Notes under the pieces: model-generated
Seen by the model: only the letters and a program-made list of their open reading frames with translations
What the model was told of the DNA's origin: nothing
The model's database searches: none
In this document: positions 12,639 through 24,582 of the stretch, piece after piece
Layout of the letters: every line of letters begins with the position of its first letter
Position numbering within the stretch: position 1 is the first letter of the stretch
Assembly (NCBI GenBank): GCA_977862235.1
Contig: OZ374564.1
Location: 1,302,001-1,366,000 of the forward strand
Direction: 5' to 3'
Origin: Dudresnaya verticillata
Taxonomy: Eukaryota
Length of the DNA: 64,000 bases
Position numbers and translations under genes: made by a program

Positions 12639-13823
12639 TTAGGCCCCAAACAATCTACGAATTCTCAGCCAAAGCAAAGATCCTAATCCGTCGGAGAGCG
12701 GAGAAAGGTTTCGTTGGTTTTTGTGTGCCGAGCGCGATTGAATTATTCGTCGCGACTCGTTGACTGCCTGGGTTGCAGTCGGTCTATCGTCTGCAAGGGC
12801 CGTTAGAAGTTTGCCGATCAGCTTTCTCGCATCCTCTCCAACTCCTTTCCATTCCTTGCCACAAAAACGAACGCCTCGGCGTGCTTCAACAAGCATCGAG
12901 AAGGGATTGGAAGATTGAAAAGGAAGTCTTCTAGACAACATTGAGTATAGCAGTACTCCAGCTCCCCACACATCTGCCTTCGAGGGATCATATGCAACTG
13001 CGGTGTTAACTTCAGGAGCAGTGTAACCAAACGTGCCACACCTCTCGTAGGATGACATTGGCCCATGTCCGGATCTTGGGATATGGCAGCACGCCATCCC
13101 AAAGTCAATCAGAGCAATAGAGAGTGTCTCGGGGCGGCTGAAATCGGGCTCACTTTTGAATACCACGTTCTCAAGCTTGATGTCCCGATGTGCATACCCA
13201 GCGGAGTGCATGTGCTCGAGGGCTGCAAAGACTTGAACAAGCACGAGAAAAGTTTCCATCTCACCGAGCCCAGAGCCCTGGCGCTCCAGAACAGAGCATA
13301 GATCGGGTCCTTCCAGCAACTCCATGATGAGGTACACGCGCGCCTCATCCTCCAGCACCTGATATAAGGTTGCGACGTTGGGGTGCTGGCAGACGTTTCT
13401 GTGGACAAACATCTCGTTATGCAAAAATCGAATGTCAGTAGCGCTGAGCGTGGCCTTCTCCACAACTTTGACAGCGACCCTTTCTTTTCCTCCCGTCTCA
13501 AAGTGTGCGCTCGAGTTCTTCACAACATCTGCGCTGAAAACCTGGGCCGATCCGCCACTACTGATTCTCCTGCTCACAATGTATCCGAGCCTAGATGGGG
13601 TCAGGAAGGCAGGGAAGATACTTGGCGCTGTCTGCCAAACGCCCATTCCGCCACGTCTTTGGTTGCCGAGATCAGGGGGTGACGTTAAATGGGCAAGATT
13701 GGTCGGAGTACTCTTGTACGGGGTTGCGAAAGGCGACTCGAACTGAGGTAACAATGCGTAGTTAATGGAGTGAGCAATCAGAGCGGGTTGAAGGAGAGGG
13801 CACAAACTCTTTGACGAAGCCAC
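12639..13823 (-). CDS. Ser/Thr protein kinase, CAMK-like, intronless
   Basis: VAVK, HPNV, MELLEG, HRDIKLEN, DFG, GTFGYTAPE, ADVWGAGV, RPTA motifs; start codon uncertain. Confidence 0.9.
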   Translation of the reverse strand: MASSKSLCPLLQPALIAHSINYALLPQFESPFATPYKSTPTNLAHLTSPPDLGNQRRGGMGVWQTAPSIFPAFLTPSRLGYIVSRRISSGGSAQVFSADVVKNSSAHFETGGKERVAVKVVEKATLSATDIRFLHNEMFVHRNVCQHPNVATLYQVLEDEARVYLIMELLEGPDLCSVLERQGSGLGEMETFLVLVQVFAALEHMHSAGYAHRDIKLENVVFKSEPDFSRPETLSIALIDFGMACCHIPRSGHGPMSSYERCGTFGYTAPEVNTAVAYDPSKADVWGAGVLLYSMLSRRLPFQSSNPFSMLVEARRGVRFCGKEWKGVGEDARKLIGKLLTALADDRPTATQAVNESRRIIQSRSAHKNQRNLSPLSDGLGSLLWLRIRRLFGA

Positions 13824-14322
13824 GACATTTCCGGGAAATACACGTTATCTATGCGTGCGAACTATCGTCTTCGGCAAGAGCAGGTCCAATATTGGCAAAT
13901 ATTGACGAAAATTATCATACAAGCTGGCTCGCCAGCATTGGCTGGACTGCAAGTTACACAGAAAGGGCGGAAAAGCTCACAACCAAGAAATGAGCTTCGT
14001 CAGCAACCGTCAGGCTCGGCGGCTTAACAGAAGATACCCTCAAAAGACGAGGAAATCGAAGTCGAAATCGGAAGCGTCAGATTATACGCCGGGCATCGTT
14101 GTGCTCATAAGACATTCAGCAGCGGCCCCTGCCTAACTAGACACTTTCCATCAACAACTGGGTGCCACAAGAGCATATAACGAGAAAAAGGACCAAAGCA
14201 CTAAGTCAACATCTTGTGGCCCTTGGTCAGTGGAGACGCTCCACTGGAGAGGTTCACGAAGACAAGCTTTCAAGGAGCATTGACACAGCAGAGGGGGATT
14301 CTTTCAACACCAGAAACCTCCA

Positions 14323-16550
14323 ATGTCATCAGAGAATCCAGTACCGGGCTCTCAGAGACGAAAATGTCAGAATGGACCAATTGTGTTCTTGTCCGAGATT
14401 GTCGATGACATGCAGAGCATAATCAAAAGTGCTAACCTCATAATGGAGGAGCTTGAAAAAGGGCGGGCAGTGTTACGAGAGTTGCAAGCGGAGGGAGATG
14501 AGACGCACAAAGCGTTCAGTCCTAAGGACGCAGAAATGCATTCTTCGCAGAACAGAAGCGGTGTAAAACGGGCGATCGCAGATTCCGAAACTGAATCAGA
14601 AAGTCTAATCGCAGATTATATTGAAGTCCCCCCAACCAAGATGAGCCGAATTGTAATGTCACGCAATGGAAGCTTGCAAAAGAAGAGGAAGGTTGTGGCC
14701 AGGAAATCTCCCTGTCCAGAGCAGAAGGACGCGCCGGTATTGAAAACGTTGTAACTCAGAGTTGGCAGCGGATACAACCCGCCCTCGAAGACATGTCTGA
14801 CCCTCAAGAAACAGCTGTAGTTGAGGTACACGTCGCAAAAATACCAGATGCTGACCGTTTCGCAACTGCATGTGGCTCAGTTTCTATACAACAGGGATCA
14901 GAAGATGCTACAGACGCGTCTGCGGGAAACGACGTGGCTACTCGTGGAGTACTTCAGCGTGGTGATGGAAGTGCAAACATATGGGATTTGGCGCCGCAAA
15001 AGATGGAGTGGCTAAAGGCAATGGTAGCATCTCGAAATCCAAGGACTGTCTATTCTCATCTTAAGCACAGCGTGACCATTGATGAGCTCGAACCGTTGTT
15101 CTGCTTTAGCCGAGAAGAGATATGTATTGCCATTGGTGTTGCAGTCCATAATGTTTCAAGACTTGCTAAGGAGCTTGGAGCGAAGTATTGGCCGTTTTCG
15201 GAACATCGGGCAGAGGAAGAAAGGCAGAAAAAACTGATCACTTGGAGCGCTAAACGTGGAAATAAGGAGATTGCCAATGTTTTCAAAAAGCTGCTCCAGA
15301 AAAAGCGCGGAGCTAGTTCTGCTTGGAGGAAAGCTTTCATAGAGGAAGCCAAGAATAGGGTGACGGAGAGGAAGAGAGGGAGACTTCGTGAGGATGCAGA
15401 AATCAAGCCTTCACAGAACGGAAGTGGTGTAAGACCGGCGCTCGCAGGTTCTGAAACTGGGCTAGCAAGTCTAATCAAAGAGAATGTGGAAGTTCCGGCG
15501 ACCAAGATGAGCCGAATTGCAATTTCACGCAATGTCGGGTTGGAGAAGAAGAGGAATTTTATGGTCAGGGGAGGTCCCTGTGCAGAGCAGGAGGACAAGC
15601 CGGAAGAGGTCAAAAACAATTTGACTCAGAGTGGGCAGCGCTCACAACCCGTCCCCAACGATATTTCTAACCCGCAAGAATCAGCTGCAGGCAAGCTACA
15701 AGCACCAAATGTACCGGAGGCAGAATTTCTTACAGCCGCTGGTGGATCAGTGTCTAGAGAACGGGTATCAGAAGCAGTGAGTGCTGAACACTATGGGGAT
15801 ACTCGTGACGGGCATCAAGACGATGATGGCTGTACAAACATATGGGAATTGGCTCCACAGAAGATGGAATGGCTAAAGGCAATGGTAGAATCACGAAAAC
15901 CAAGGACTGTCTTTCCTATCTTGCGCGCAACGTGACAATTGATGAGCTTGAACCGTTGTTCTGCTTTAGCCGAGAAGAGATATGTATTGCCACTGGGATT
16001 GCTTTCTATAATGTTTCAAGACTTAGAAGGAAGTTTGGAGCGAAGTATTGGCCATTCCATATGCTCGGCACAGCGGGCAGAGGAAGAAAGGCAGAAAAAC
16101 GGAGCATTTGGAGCGAAGAACGTGGAAATAAGGAGATGGCTACTGCGTTCAAGAAATTGCTCCAGAAACAGCGCAGAACTAGATCTGCATGGAAGAAAGC
16201 TTTCATAGAGGAAGCGAAGCATAGGGCGCTGGGGAGAGAGAGACTTCGTGAGGATGCAGAAATGAATCATTCACATAATGAAGTAGTGTAAAACGGGCGC
16301 TCGCAGGTTCTGAAACTGGACCAACAAGTCTAATCAAAGGCAACATTGAAGTTCCACTGACCAAGGTGAACTGAACTGCAACGATACGCAATGCCAGCTT
16401 GGAGAAGAAGTGGAAGGTTATGGTCAGGAAAAGTCTCAGTACAGAGCAGAAGGATAAACCGGAAGGTGTAGAAAACGTTGTGACTCAGACTTGGCTGCGG
16501 AAACAACCCGTCCTGGACGATATTTCAGACCGTCAAGAAACAGCTGTAGG
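14323..16550 (+). pseudogene. Divergent RWP-RK domain gene built from ~865-bp tandem units, frameshifted
   Basis: VTIDELEPLFCFSREEICIAxG...SRL...GAKYWPF occurs twice. Units start at ~14524, ~15390 and ~16250 with KKRKV/KKRNF/KKWKV segments. Frame breaks near 14750, 15920 and 16280; the third unit abuts a LINE fragment. Confidence 0.65.
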
Positions 16551-18130
16551 CGGTGATAAAGTTTACTCAATAAAGTTTAGAGTGCACTTGCCTCGGCGTC
16601 AACGGCCTATTGGCAAACAAACTACGTATCTAGAACGAGATATATCGATCTGTGGTGGGGTCTCCGGAGGATGTAGTATGTTGGAGGCCAGTGCCACGGG
16701 TTTGTTCAATTGCTTGGTTTACGCGTGCAAGGGAGGTGGGAGTTGGGTTTGGCAGACCAGGAGATTAAAGATGGACCGTAGGCGGCAGTCGTCCGCTACA
16801 AGCTGACTGGGGAGGGGTGCTGATGGACATTGGAGCTTAGAATACAGTTCTGCGGCTAGCCGCTCGATGTAGATGTTAGACAGGATAGGGTTCAGTGGAG
16901 AGCCTTGCGTCACACTTCTTTGAACTGCTCCAGTATATCGAGAGCTGTCGTCCACCGTTCGTAAAGCGGGGGGGCAAGGGTAGCCGCGATCATACGAGTT
17001 AAGTGGCCAGGTAGTATCTCGTCGCAGAGTTTAAGGAGTTTGAGACTGTCAACTCCGCTGTATGCACTCTTGAGGTCTAGAACAACGACATAGTCATCCC
17101 CGAACTTCACGGAGTGTTGGGCTAGGACAATAGCCATTTCCGTGCGGAGACCTGACTGGAATGTCAGCTGCATTAAGTGTTGGTTGAAGTGGGGTTTCAC
17201 TTCGTATGCGATCTCACGGTCAACAACCTTGCGCAGATGTGCGAGTAAGCTAATTGGTCTATAGTTTGATGTGTCGTTTCGCGAGCAGCGTTTGTGAATT
17301 GGAACCAGCAGCCCAGAGCTCCACTGTACGGGAAAGATTGAAAAGCCTGCGCAAACTTGCCATATTGCCATGAGGAGGTTCACAGCCAACTCCGGGACCA
17401 GTAGTAGCATTTCGACATGGAAGTTGCAACAACTTGTTGTTGGTACCGATTGCCTTTCCGCGCGGAGAGGCTCGAACAGCCCTTGCAAGGCTTTTCCGGA
17501 AATGTTGTGGTACCTCAGATATACTGGGTGTGAGGTTGATGGGCAGGCTTGGGTTTCGTCCTGCGGAGATAAATTGAGTGAGACTCGGGGGAACAGTCGT
17601 GGACCAGCGATGGTGAGAGAGGCGATACGGGTATTGTTCGTGCGGTGCAGTGCACGTATTGCAACGGCTAGCTCAGAGTTGGGGCGAGTAAAGAAGGCCT
17701 CTTCTTCCCGTACTTGTGCATGTTTCTTCCGTGCTCGAGTACGAGAGGTAATGATCCTTCGCAGATGTCGAAATTGTTTTTCAGCGTTCGTATGACTTGG
17801 TTTGCCGATGATTCGCTTTGCGCAGGCAGCGGAGCCGATCGAGTTCGTCCATCCAGAAGGGCTTGTATCTAGACGGGCATGGTGGGTGGAGTAGAACCCA
17901 AGGGGTTGTAAGGGAGGGAGCGACGGGGGCGAGGGCAGCGTCTGCGGCGGGGCGGGACGTGGCGTGTCGGAGGTCGCGGATCAGCTTTGGAATGGCTTTC
18001 TGGTAGGTCTGGCGGATCCGGGCTTGAAACGCCGCATTCGACAGCATGGTTTTTGTAACCCGGCGCAGCAACGGTGTTGAATATGCCATGTTCGGCTCGT
18101 TGACCGAGGGAGAGCAAGGCAGCCGAAAAC
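16550..18130 (-). mobile_element. Degenerate LINE reverse transcriptase fragment
   Basis: LVPIHK..NYRPISLL, VLDLKSAY, QGSPLNPIL, LVADD motifs across frameshifts. Confidence 0.85.
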
Positions 18131-18317
18131 AGACAGGTATATGGCTTGCATCCCATGGCCCTGATTGTATCCATGGGGCAGGGGCAATTGTAATGTCAAA
18201 ATTGGCAATGGCGTAGGTGAATTAAAAACGGAAAATTTAAAATGGCTACAGCTGCAGGTGATGCACAAGATCCGAAAATTGCGTAGGCTGACTTTATCAC
18301 CACTCAACCCCCCGGGC

Positions 18318-19510
18318 CGGCTGTTTGCTGACGACTGCCTCATACATATTCGCTCAGCTCACGCATTCCGGCAGGCACTCCTGGTTTGCGACGACTGGGC
18401 ACAGAAGTACGGGATGACTTGGTCTGTACAGAAGTGCGCTGTGCTGCTCCCACACCGGCACAGAGGCCGCCGTGGCTCTGCGCAGTTCCGCCTAGCTGGG
18501 AAGCCTGTCCCCCATCGCGATATGACTCGATACCTTGTAGTAGACATCTCCCCCGATGGAGCCCAAACTTCAACTACGCTGACTCGCATTGGCTCAGCAG
18601 AGAAGAATCTTCGCTCACTAGCCACTGTGCCTAGGCATCGTTTCACCCAAAATACCAGCCAGTGCCTGCCGTTTCATATACAATACCTTCGTGCGCTCAA
18701 CCTACGAGCATGGCCTCACACAGGTCAGATATACAGCTACAACGCAAGCCGCAATGGACAGTCTGGATGCTGCATTCTTCCGCCTAGTGGTTTCGCAACC
18801 GTCGAAACGCATGCCCCGTCTCCAGCTACAGAAACTCCGCGCGATCTTCCAGATAGAACTGCCTCTCCTGCGTCAACGAGCCCTGCAGCACAAGTTAATC
18901 GCCTCCCTCCAGATTGCGTGCTCGACACCAACCGCGGCTATCGCGCCCCTCCTGGCAGGCCCGACACACGTTACGTGCCCTCCGCCATGTATCGAATGAG
19001 ACATTACAAGAGGCGCTACAAAACCCGCTCCCCCCTCGCGTCCTTCCCGAGAAACGCTATTCCGCCTGGAAGGAAGCCCTAGCAGGGAGCTTCCCCCTTC
19101 TCTCCGCAGGTTTTCGTGCCCCGCGCCGGCCCTGCGACTCGCCGAATACCGCGACGGACTGCTGGCCATCCGTTGGCATTTGGGTACCTTCCCCATCCCC
19201 ACTTCCTGACCTCCCAAAGGTGCATCCCTTCGAACACACACCCAAGCCCTCCAATTTGCTCTCCAAGCCAGCCGCCATCCCCGACGATCTAGACACCATT
19301 GCCAGTACGATCGCCGCCATCCGCACCCTGTGCTCTGCAGATTTTCCCTCTCTGAACATGCCGTCATCATCCCAAACATGCACACACTACCGCTGTCCTT
19401 TTCTCCTCCCCGGGGTACCCTACAGTGACAGCCCTCTGCCACTGCAGCTGATCCTGGTTTCCTGTACATGTTAAGTCACCCGAGCGGGACAAATTAAAAC
19501 AACCATTAAA
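18318..19510 (+). mobile_element. 3' part of a second LINE (RT C-terminal half and tail)
   Basis: LFADD..CDDWAQKYGMTWSVQKC..RYL; Cys/His-containing C-terminus; A-rich end near 19490-19510. Confidence 0.75.
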
Positions 19511-19741
19511 AGTTTACCAGCACTTATGCACTGTGACCCTCACCTATTGAGAAAGGCTCTCTACAGCTATTGTGAGCAATATAAATCTCAACGAGCTGGT
19601 GTGGAAATTGTACGACCCTGCTACGGAGCTTCATCCGCTCAAAATAACTTCTTGAATGTTTGAGTTCAACTTTTACAAACGCCATCAAAAAGTCTTGGAA
19701 ACGTAAGAAGGTATGACGGGGCTCTTGGGCGATAGTATAAC

Positions 19742-20860
19742 TCAGAGTAGCATCTCATTGTCCACTAAGTTAAACAAAACCATCGTCGTGCAATGCGATT
19801 CTACAAAGAGATCAACTCCGGGCAATTCGCATACCCATCTCTCAATCACCTTGCGGACACAAATACTATCGAAGAGGCGGAACTGCCGAATGAATGCAGC
19901 TTGTGAGTGCCGGAATGCAGGAGAAGCCGGATCATCGCGCTCGGCGAAAATTTGCTGAATGGCCTTGGGGTCAGCCTCCTTGATTGCCTCAGAAGCTGCT
20001 TTGATGACGAATTGGGTGTATTGAATGTTCGCACGGATGTCGTGACGGGATCCGAGGAGTCCATGACCTCCTAAGAAAAACTTCCAATGGAGCTGTAGCA
20101 GACTGCGCTGAGCGGCAATATATCTCTCCACGTCAGTTGTAAGTGCGAAGCGAAGGAAAGGAGCCTGCCCGGGCCAAAGAATGTCAACAAAGTGGACCAC
20201 GCCGGGGCCATCAGAAGATGGTACTACATACGCAGCAAGGTCCTCATTAGTGTGCCCACCAATGTTGAGTAATTTGATCTTCAGAGTGGGTGCAATGTCA
20301 ACAGTGCGGCCGCCTGTTCTAACAATGACATCTGGCCGTGGAATTGTTTGAACGGCATCGACGGCATGGCGAGTCTCTTGGGTGCCCCAAACGAATAACT
20401 TAGCCTTGGGGAAGCTCCTCTTGACGAAATTGAACACTAGACCCGCACTACCAATGTGGTCCAAGTGACGGTGTCCGTACACTAAATCAACACGCTTGGG
20501 TTTGTCTCCATCTAAGATCTTTGTGACGGCAGTGTTAACCAGATATGTTCCGTCCGGTCTCATTGAGGATTGGGACATAGGGAAATCGACGATAGCGAGG
20601 CGGTTGTTTTTGTACGCTATGAGTACGTGATAGGCGCCATCGTTGTACCAGTGCACTCCGGGTCGAAGTTCGGTGATATTGAAGCCTTGCTCGTCAATTG
20701 GACCGGGAATCTTTGAAGGTGGTAGCGGGACCAAGGGGCAGGGCTTCCCGACCTTGAGTGCATCGATACACTTTTGCGCTGCCGGGCATGACTGGGCTGC
20801 TAGAGCTGTCGTGCAGACTAGCGTCAGTTGTAAGAGGATCGTGGATGTGCGTTGGTTCAT
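19742..20860 (-). CDS. Secreted metallo-beta-lactamase-fold hydrolase
   Basis: Signal-peptide-like N-terminus; HRHLDH (HxHxDH), GGHT, FVD and GGHG motifs; intact 372-aa ORF. Confidence 0.85.
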   Translation of the reverse strand: MNQRTSTILLQLTLVCTTALAAQSCPAAQKCIDALKVGKPCPLVPLPPSKIPGPIDEQGFNITELRPGVHWYNDGAYHVLIAYKNNRLAIVDFPMSQSSMRPDGTYLVNTAVTKILDGDKPKRVDLVYGHRHLDHIGSAGLVFNFVKRSFPKAKLFVWGTQETRHAVDAVQTIPRPDVIVRTGGRTVDIAPTLKIKLLNIGGHTNEDLAAYVVPSSDGPGVVHFVDILWPGQAPFLRFALTTDVERYIAAQRSLLQLHWKFFLGGHGLLGSRHDIRANIQYTQFVIKAASEAIKEADPKAIQQIFAERDDPASPAFRHSQAAFIRQFRLFDSICVRKVIERWVCELPGVDLFVESHCTTMVLFNLVDNEMLL

Positions 20861-21699
20861 TGTGGAGTTGAGGTGCTACCGCGTAAGGTATGCGATTTTG
20901 GAAGACGATGAAGTTGGCAGGGTGAATGTGCTGGTATATGTTCACTGGGAGGAGCTTATGTTCCGCTCGGCGACACATGAGGTCTGAGACTTGGACACAT
21001 ACTCGACTCTAATGGAAAGATCCGAAGACCTCCAAATCCGGCGCAAAAGGAAGTCAGTTTCTCCCAGAGCCATGCGAAGGAGAGCGCATGTATTTGACCG
21101 CGACCAGAAAGGCTGTGGGGCTGGTGTGTAACTGTACCGCAGAACACTGTGGAGTACATTGCTTCTGGGGTTCACTTTGAATTGTATCTGTGCATTGCAA
21201 CGCAGATTGCGAATGGATTCGTGAAGGATGTGCAAACAGGTGATTTCCAAAACGAAGTAGCAGCTGTGGCCGTAATCTGTCTCTGGAGCCGCACTTTGTT
21301 TGTGGATTGGAAGAAACTGCATGGCGACGGGCACAACCAGTGCCAGTTAGCCTTCTGCCAAAGCCGTTTCCTTCTCATGAGGCGTGTTGGTTGACTGTTT
21401 CAATGGTCAGAAGTTGTTCTTCTCAAACCGTAGAAGCACTTTCACCGTATGAGAAGGACATGAGCTGAACACATGTCACACGGACCAGAAAAGAGAATAC
21501 CTCACGATCGCCGTATCCAAGCCGGAGATGAATTATGGTGAGTGACTGCAAGTTGCCGGGGAATGAGAGTGCTGCACGAACTGAGCAGTAGGGATTGGGC
21601 GTGCTGCGCATGCGATGTTTCTACCGGTCGTCCATGATCATCCAATGGGGGTCGCGTTCCCGTTCGCCGTTGGAGAGAATCCGGCCAACTCGCTCGCTA

Positions 21700-22095
21700 T
21701 TCGCCGCAGCAAAACTTGACGTCTCCGTGGTGACCCCACACCATCCAACGACACTGTCCAAAACGCCTCGCTCTCAACATCAAGCTATTCACCGCCGCGA
21801 GCAAGCTAAAGCCCGTCATTATCGTCGCTTATGTTCTACCAACCGGATAGAACTCCATCCTATGGTGATGGACATCTATGGTGCCATTGGTTCTGGGTTC
21901 GATCGAGGCGCTCAGCGCGTTGCGAATTTCCTAGCTGCTATGAAGGGTACTTCGCCGATATCTGAGAAACTATCTCTTCTCACCCACCTCACCTCTCTTG
22001 TACTTCAATCTGTCGCGGTGGCTGTTAACCGCCGTTTACTCTTCGACCGTCGCCTTTCAGATGAGTTTGAGATAAGCCCCCTTACGGGGCTGTAG
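21700..22095 (+). pseudogene. RLE domain (3' end) of a CRE-like non-LTR retrotransposon
   Basis: LDVSVVTP...REQAKARHYRRLC...LHPMVMDIYGAIG...LVLQ. Confidence 0.75.
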
Positions 22096-22148
22096 TCTTT
22101 CCTATGCATAAAGGTCTCCATCTCTTTGTTTTCAGTGGTTGTGCCTTC

Positions 22149-22322
22149 TGTAGATACCTACTGAAGTAGGATCTTAAGTAGGGATCACCACAGCACTACA
22201 CCAAGCATATCCACAAGGAAGCGGCAATAGCTTAGTGGTTTCTTTTTTCTTGGTCCGCCATGGAGGTCGTGGGATCGAGTCCCGCGGGTGTGTGCACCAG
22301 CGAAGCTGGGGAGTAGTCTACA
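22149..22322 (+). mobile_element. 174-bp TG...CA element with tRNA-like A/B boxes (copy 2)
   Basis: TGTAGATAC...GTAGTCTACA; perfect 4-bp TSD CTTC; A box TAGCTTAGTGG (~22228); B-box-like GGATCGAGTCC (~22272). Confidence 0.8.
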
Positions 22323-24210
22323 CTTCGCTCTGTGTTATCCCGCTGTGGCACACAGCGGGCACTGTAGTTGACGCAGACAACGTTAGATGGCAGCCAGATC
22401 ATCTGGTATGATAGCAAACCCGTCAGTCAAGATAGGACGCATGATTTGGCGCAATTATGCGACAATAATCGCGGGAAGCTGTTTGCACGCCAGCGCGGCG
22501 CGGACGAGGGCCAACGGCGGGTTCGAGCGGCTCCCGCCTTGACAGAAGGCCTACATAAACCTGCTCCACTCCAGTCGAGGAGTGGGGGCAACGAGCACGG
22601 TGCCCACCAGACTTGCCAGCGCCCGAGCGCCGTTTCCCAGATCCCTACAGTGCCAACCGGGCTCCGGTCGCCACAGGGCACGCACGCGATCGCCGCGCCG
22701 CACAGTACCCATCACTCTGGATCCGACGCTATGCCGAAAAAGCCGCCAAATGCGTTACTGCGTTCTCGAAGGACTTATCCTCATATTCTCGAGGCTTCTT
22801 TTTCGAATGAGTGAACCGGCATGTAACCACATTCCAGAAGCGCCTGTTTCATATAGATGGAGACCTTAACGCTGAGGAATTGCTGCATCTACTTATGTCT
22901 TGATAGATGGGGCTTTGCTTCCTGAGAAAGTTGCAAGCGGATACAATTGTTTTGTTCTTGTCTTCTTCACTTTTCACAGCAGCCGACTCGACTTTTTGGA
23001 ACGCATTCGATGATCGGGAGCGGAGGCGGGAGGGTAGCCGGGAGTGTGAGTGAGGCGACATTGTCCGGACTTGCCGGCTTTAAGTATTGTCCAGCGGCAA
23101 GAGTGTAGCGGTTTCGTCGGACGCTTTGCATGCCCGGCGTCTTCCCCCTAGAATTGAGACGTTGGCGGTCTGTCGTACACTGTGCGACTCGGTTCGGCCT
23201 TGCCCTCGTACATCGTCTTTTTGTTCGTGGTCAGCGCGATTTGTAGTCATTTTCTTGCGGCTGCGAAACGGTACAGCTTAAGGAACACATTTTCTCGAAT
23301 AGAGCAAAACTTTCTTCACACTCCACGACACGGTCTCCGCTAACCGTCAGAATGACATTCTATTTCCATTTGCTCACGCATATGTCGCAGAAGCTGTCGC
23401 CCAGCGCAGAATCGATTTCTTCCAACATGAGGTTGTCGTGATCCCTTGGGGATCCTTTCTGTATGTCACTATTACTCGCCATGTTAAGCTCCTGGATGAC
23501 CCGGTAGCCGCCTGGGTGCAGCTAAAAACCGTGCTGGTTCCTATTGGGAGCGGAACATAATGATAACATCTAGAGAGCTGAAAGCTTCCCTGACGTATTA
23601 CGGCATCTGAAGTATTGGAGAAAGACCAGCCAAGCTGCAATTGCTTTCACTCATCCCTACGAAACATGCATAAGAGCGTGAGACAGTAGCCTTAATCTTG
23701 CCTTTGTAAGAACATTTCTGATGAACGGCGTTGCGGACATTTGCGTGGTTGCCAACCATCGTGGTTAGAACAGAGCATAAATCTGCTCGAAGTCAGTCAC
23801 CTTGTCCACCGCCAAGCCATCCCTGCCTTGCAAATCGCGCAATGCTTCATGAATACAAATAATCCGTTTCTTCATGGCGATGCTTCTCCTTTGGTTGCAT
23901 TTTTCTTCGCATTGATCTATTGATAACATCTGTATTCATCTGTATTCTGTGGTCTAGAGGGGAAAGTGTCACTATCCTTGCTCTCTGATTCTGTCGAGTT
24001 CCAGAGCTGGAGATTCTGTGTCTATTCATAGTTGACGTTTGGCACTAGTGCGTCAAGAATTGCACGTACTAAATGTGAGCCCTTGTTTGGCGACCACTTC
24101 CGTAAGGTCTCTCAGACCAATCAATCGTTCTTGCCAAAGCACTGCGTACCCGAATTTTCTACTATACGTATGTAGAAAGTAAAGGTTTAGCACCACTATG
24201 CTGAAGTTTA

Positions 24211-24219
24211 TGTGTGTGC

Positions 24220-24294
<75 letters not shown>
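24211..24294. repeat. (TG)n microsatellite
   Basis: About 40 TG units with two CG interruptions near the start. Confidence 0.95.
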
Positions 24295-24295
<1 letters not shown>

Positions 24296-24582
24296 ATGTG
24301 GGTTTGTCAGCAACGCCCTTTCTCAATTATGTAATGTATTAATTGGGGGAGTGTACGAGGTTACTTGGGTCGGGATCGTAAGGAAATCTTCAGTTCTCTG
24401 TCAACATCTAGTACTCTAGGATAGAAGTCTATGCGAACTGTTCAGTTATCTATCAACTTCTAGCACCCCACAATAATAGTCTATGCAAACTGATGTCAAT
24501 TTGATACTAACTAACGCCATTTCTTTGAGACTATGGATCTTTGAATCAGTCATGAACGGCTGTATTCATAATGTGTGATAAT

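Noticed and set aside
16550..19510. Single LINE with a twin-priming 5' inversion
   Set aside because: The two halves overlap around the ADD motif yet are clearly diverged, so they are separate insertions.
22221..22299. Functional tRNA gene
   Set aside because: A/B boxes are present, but a T-run disrupts the D/anticodon region, no convincing acceptor stem forms, and it lies inside a TSD-flanked repeat.
22400..24050. Possible degenerate gene or TE
   Set aside because: No recognisable motif or boundaries.
24053..24419. His-Thr / Val-Cys repeat ORFs
   Set aside because: Translations of the (TG)n microsatellite.
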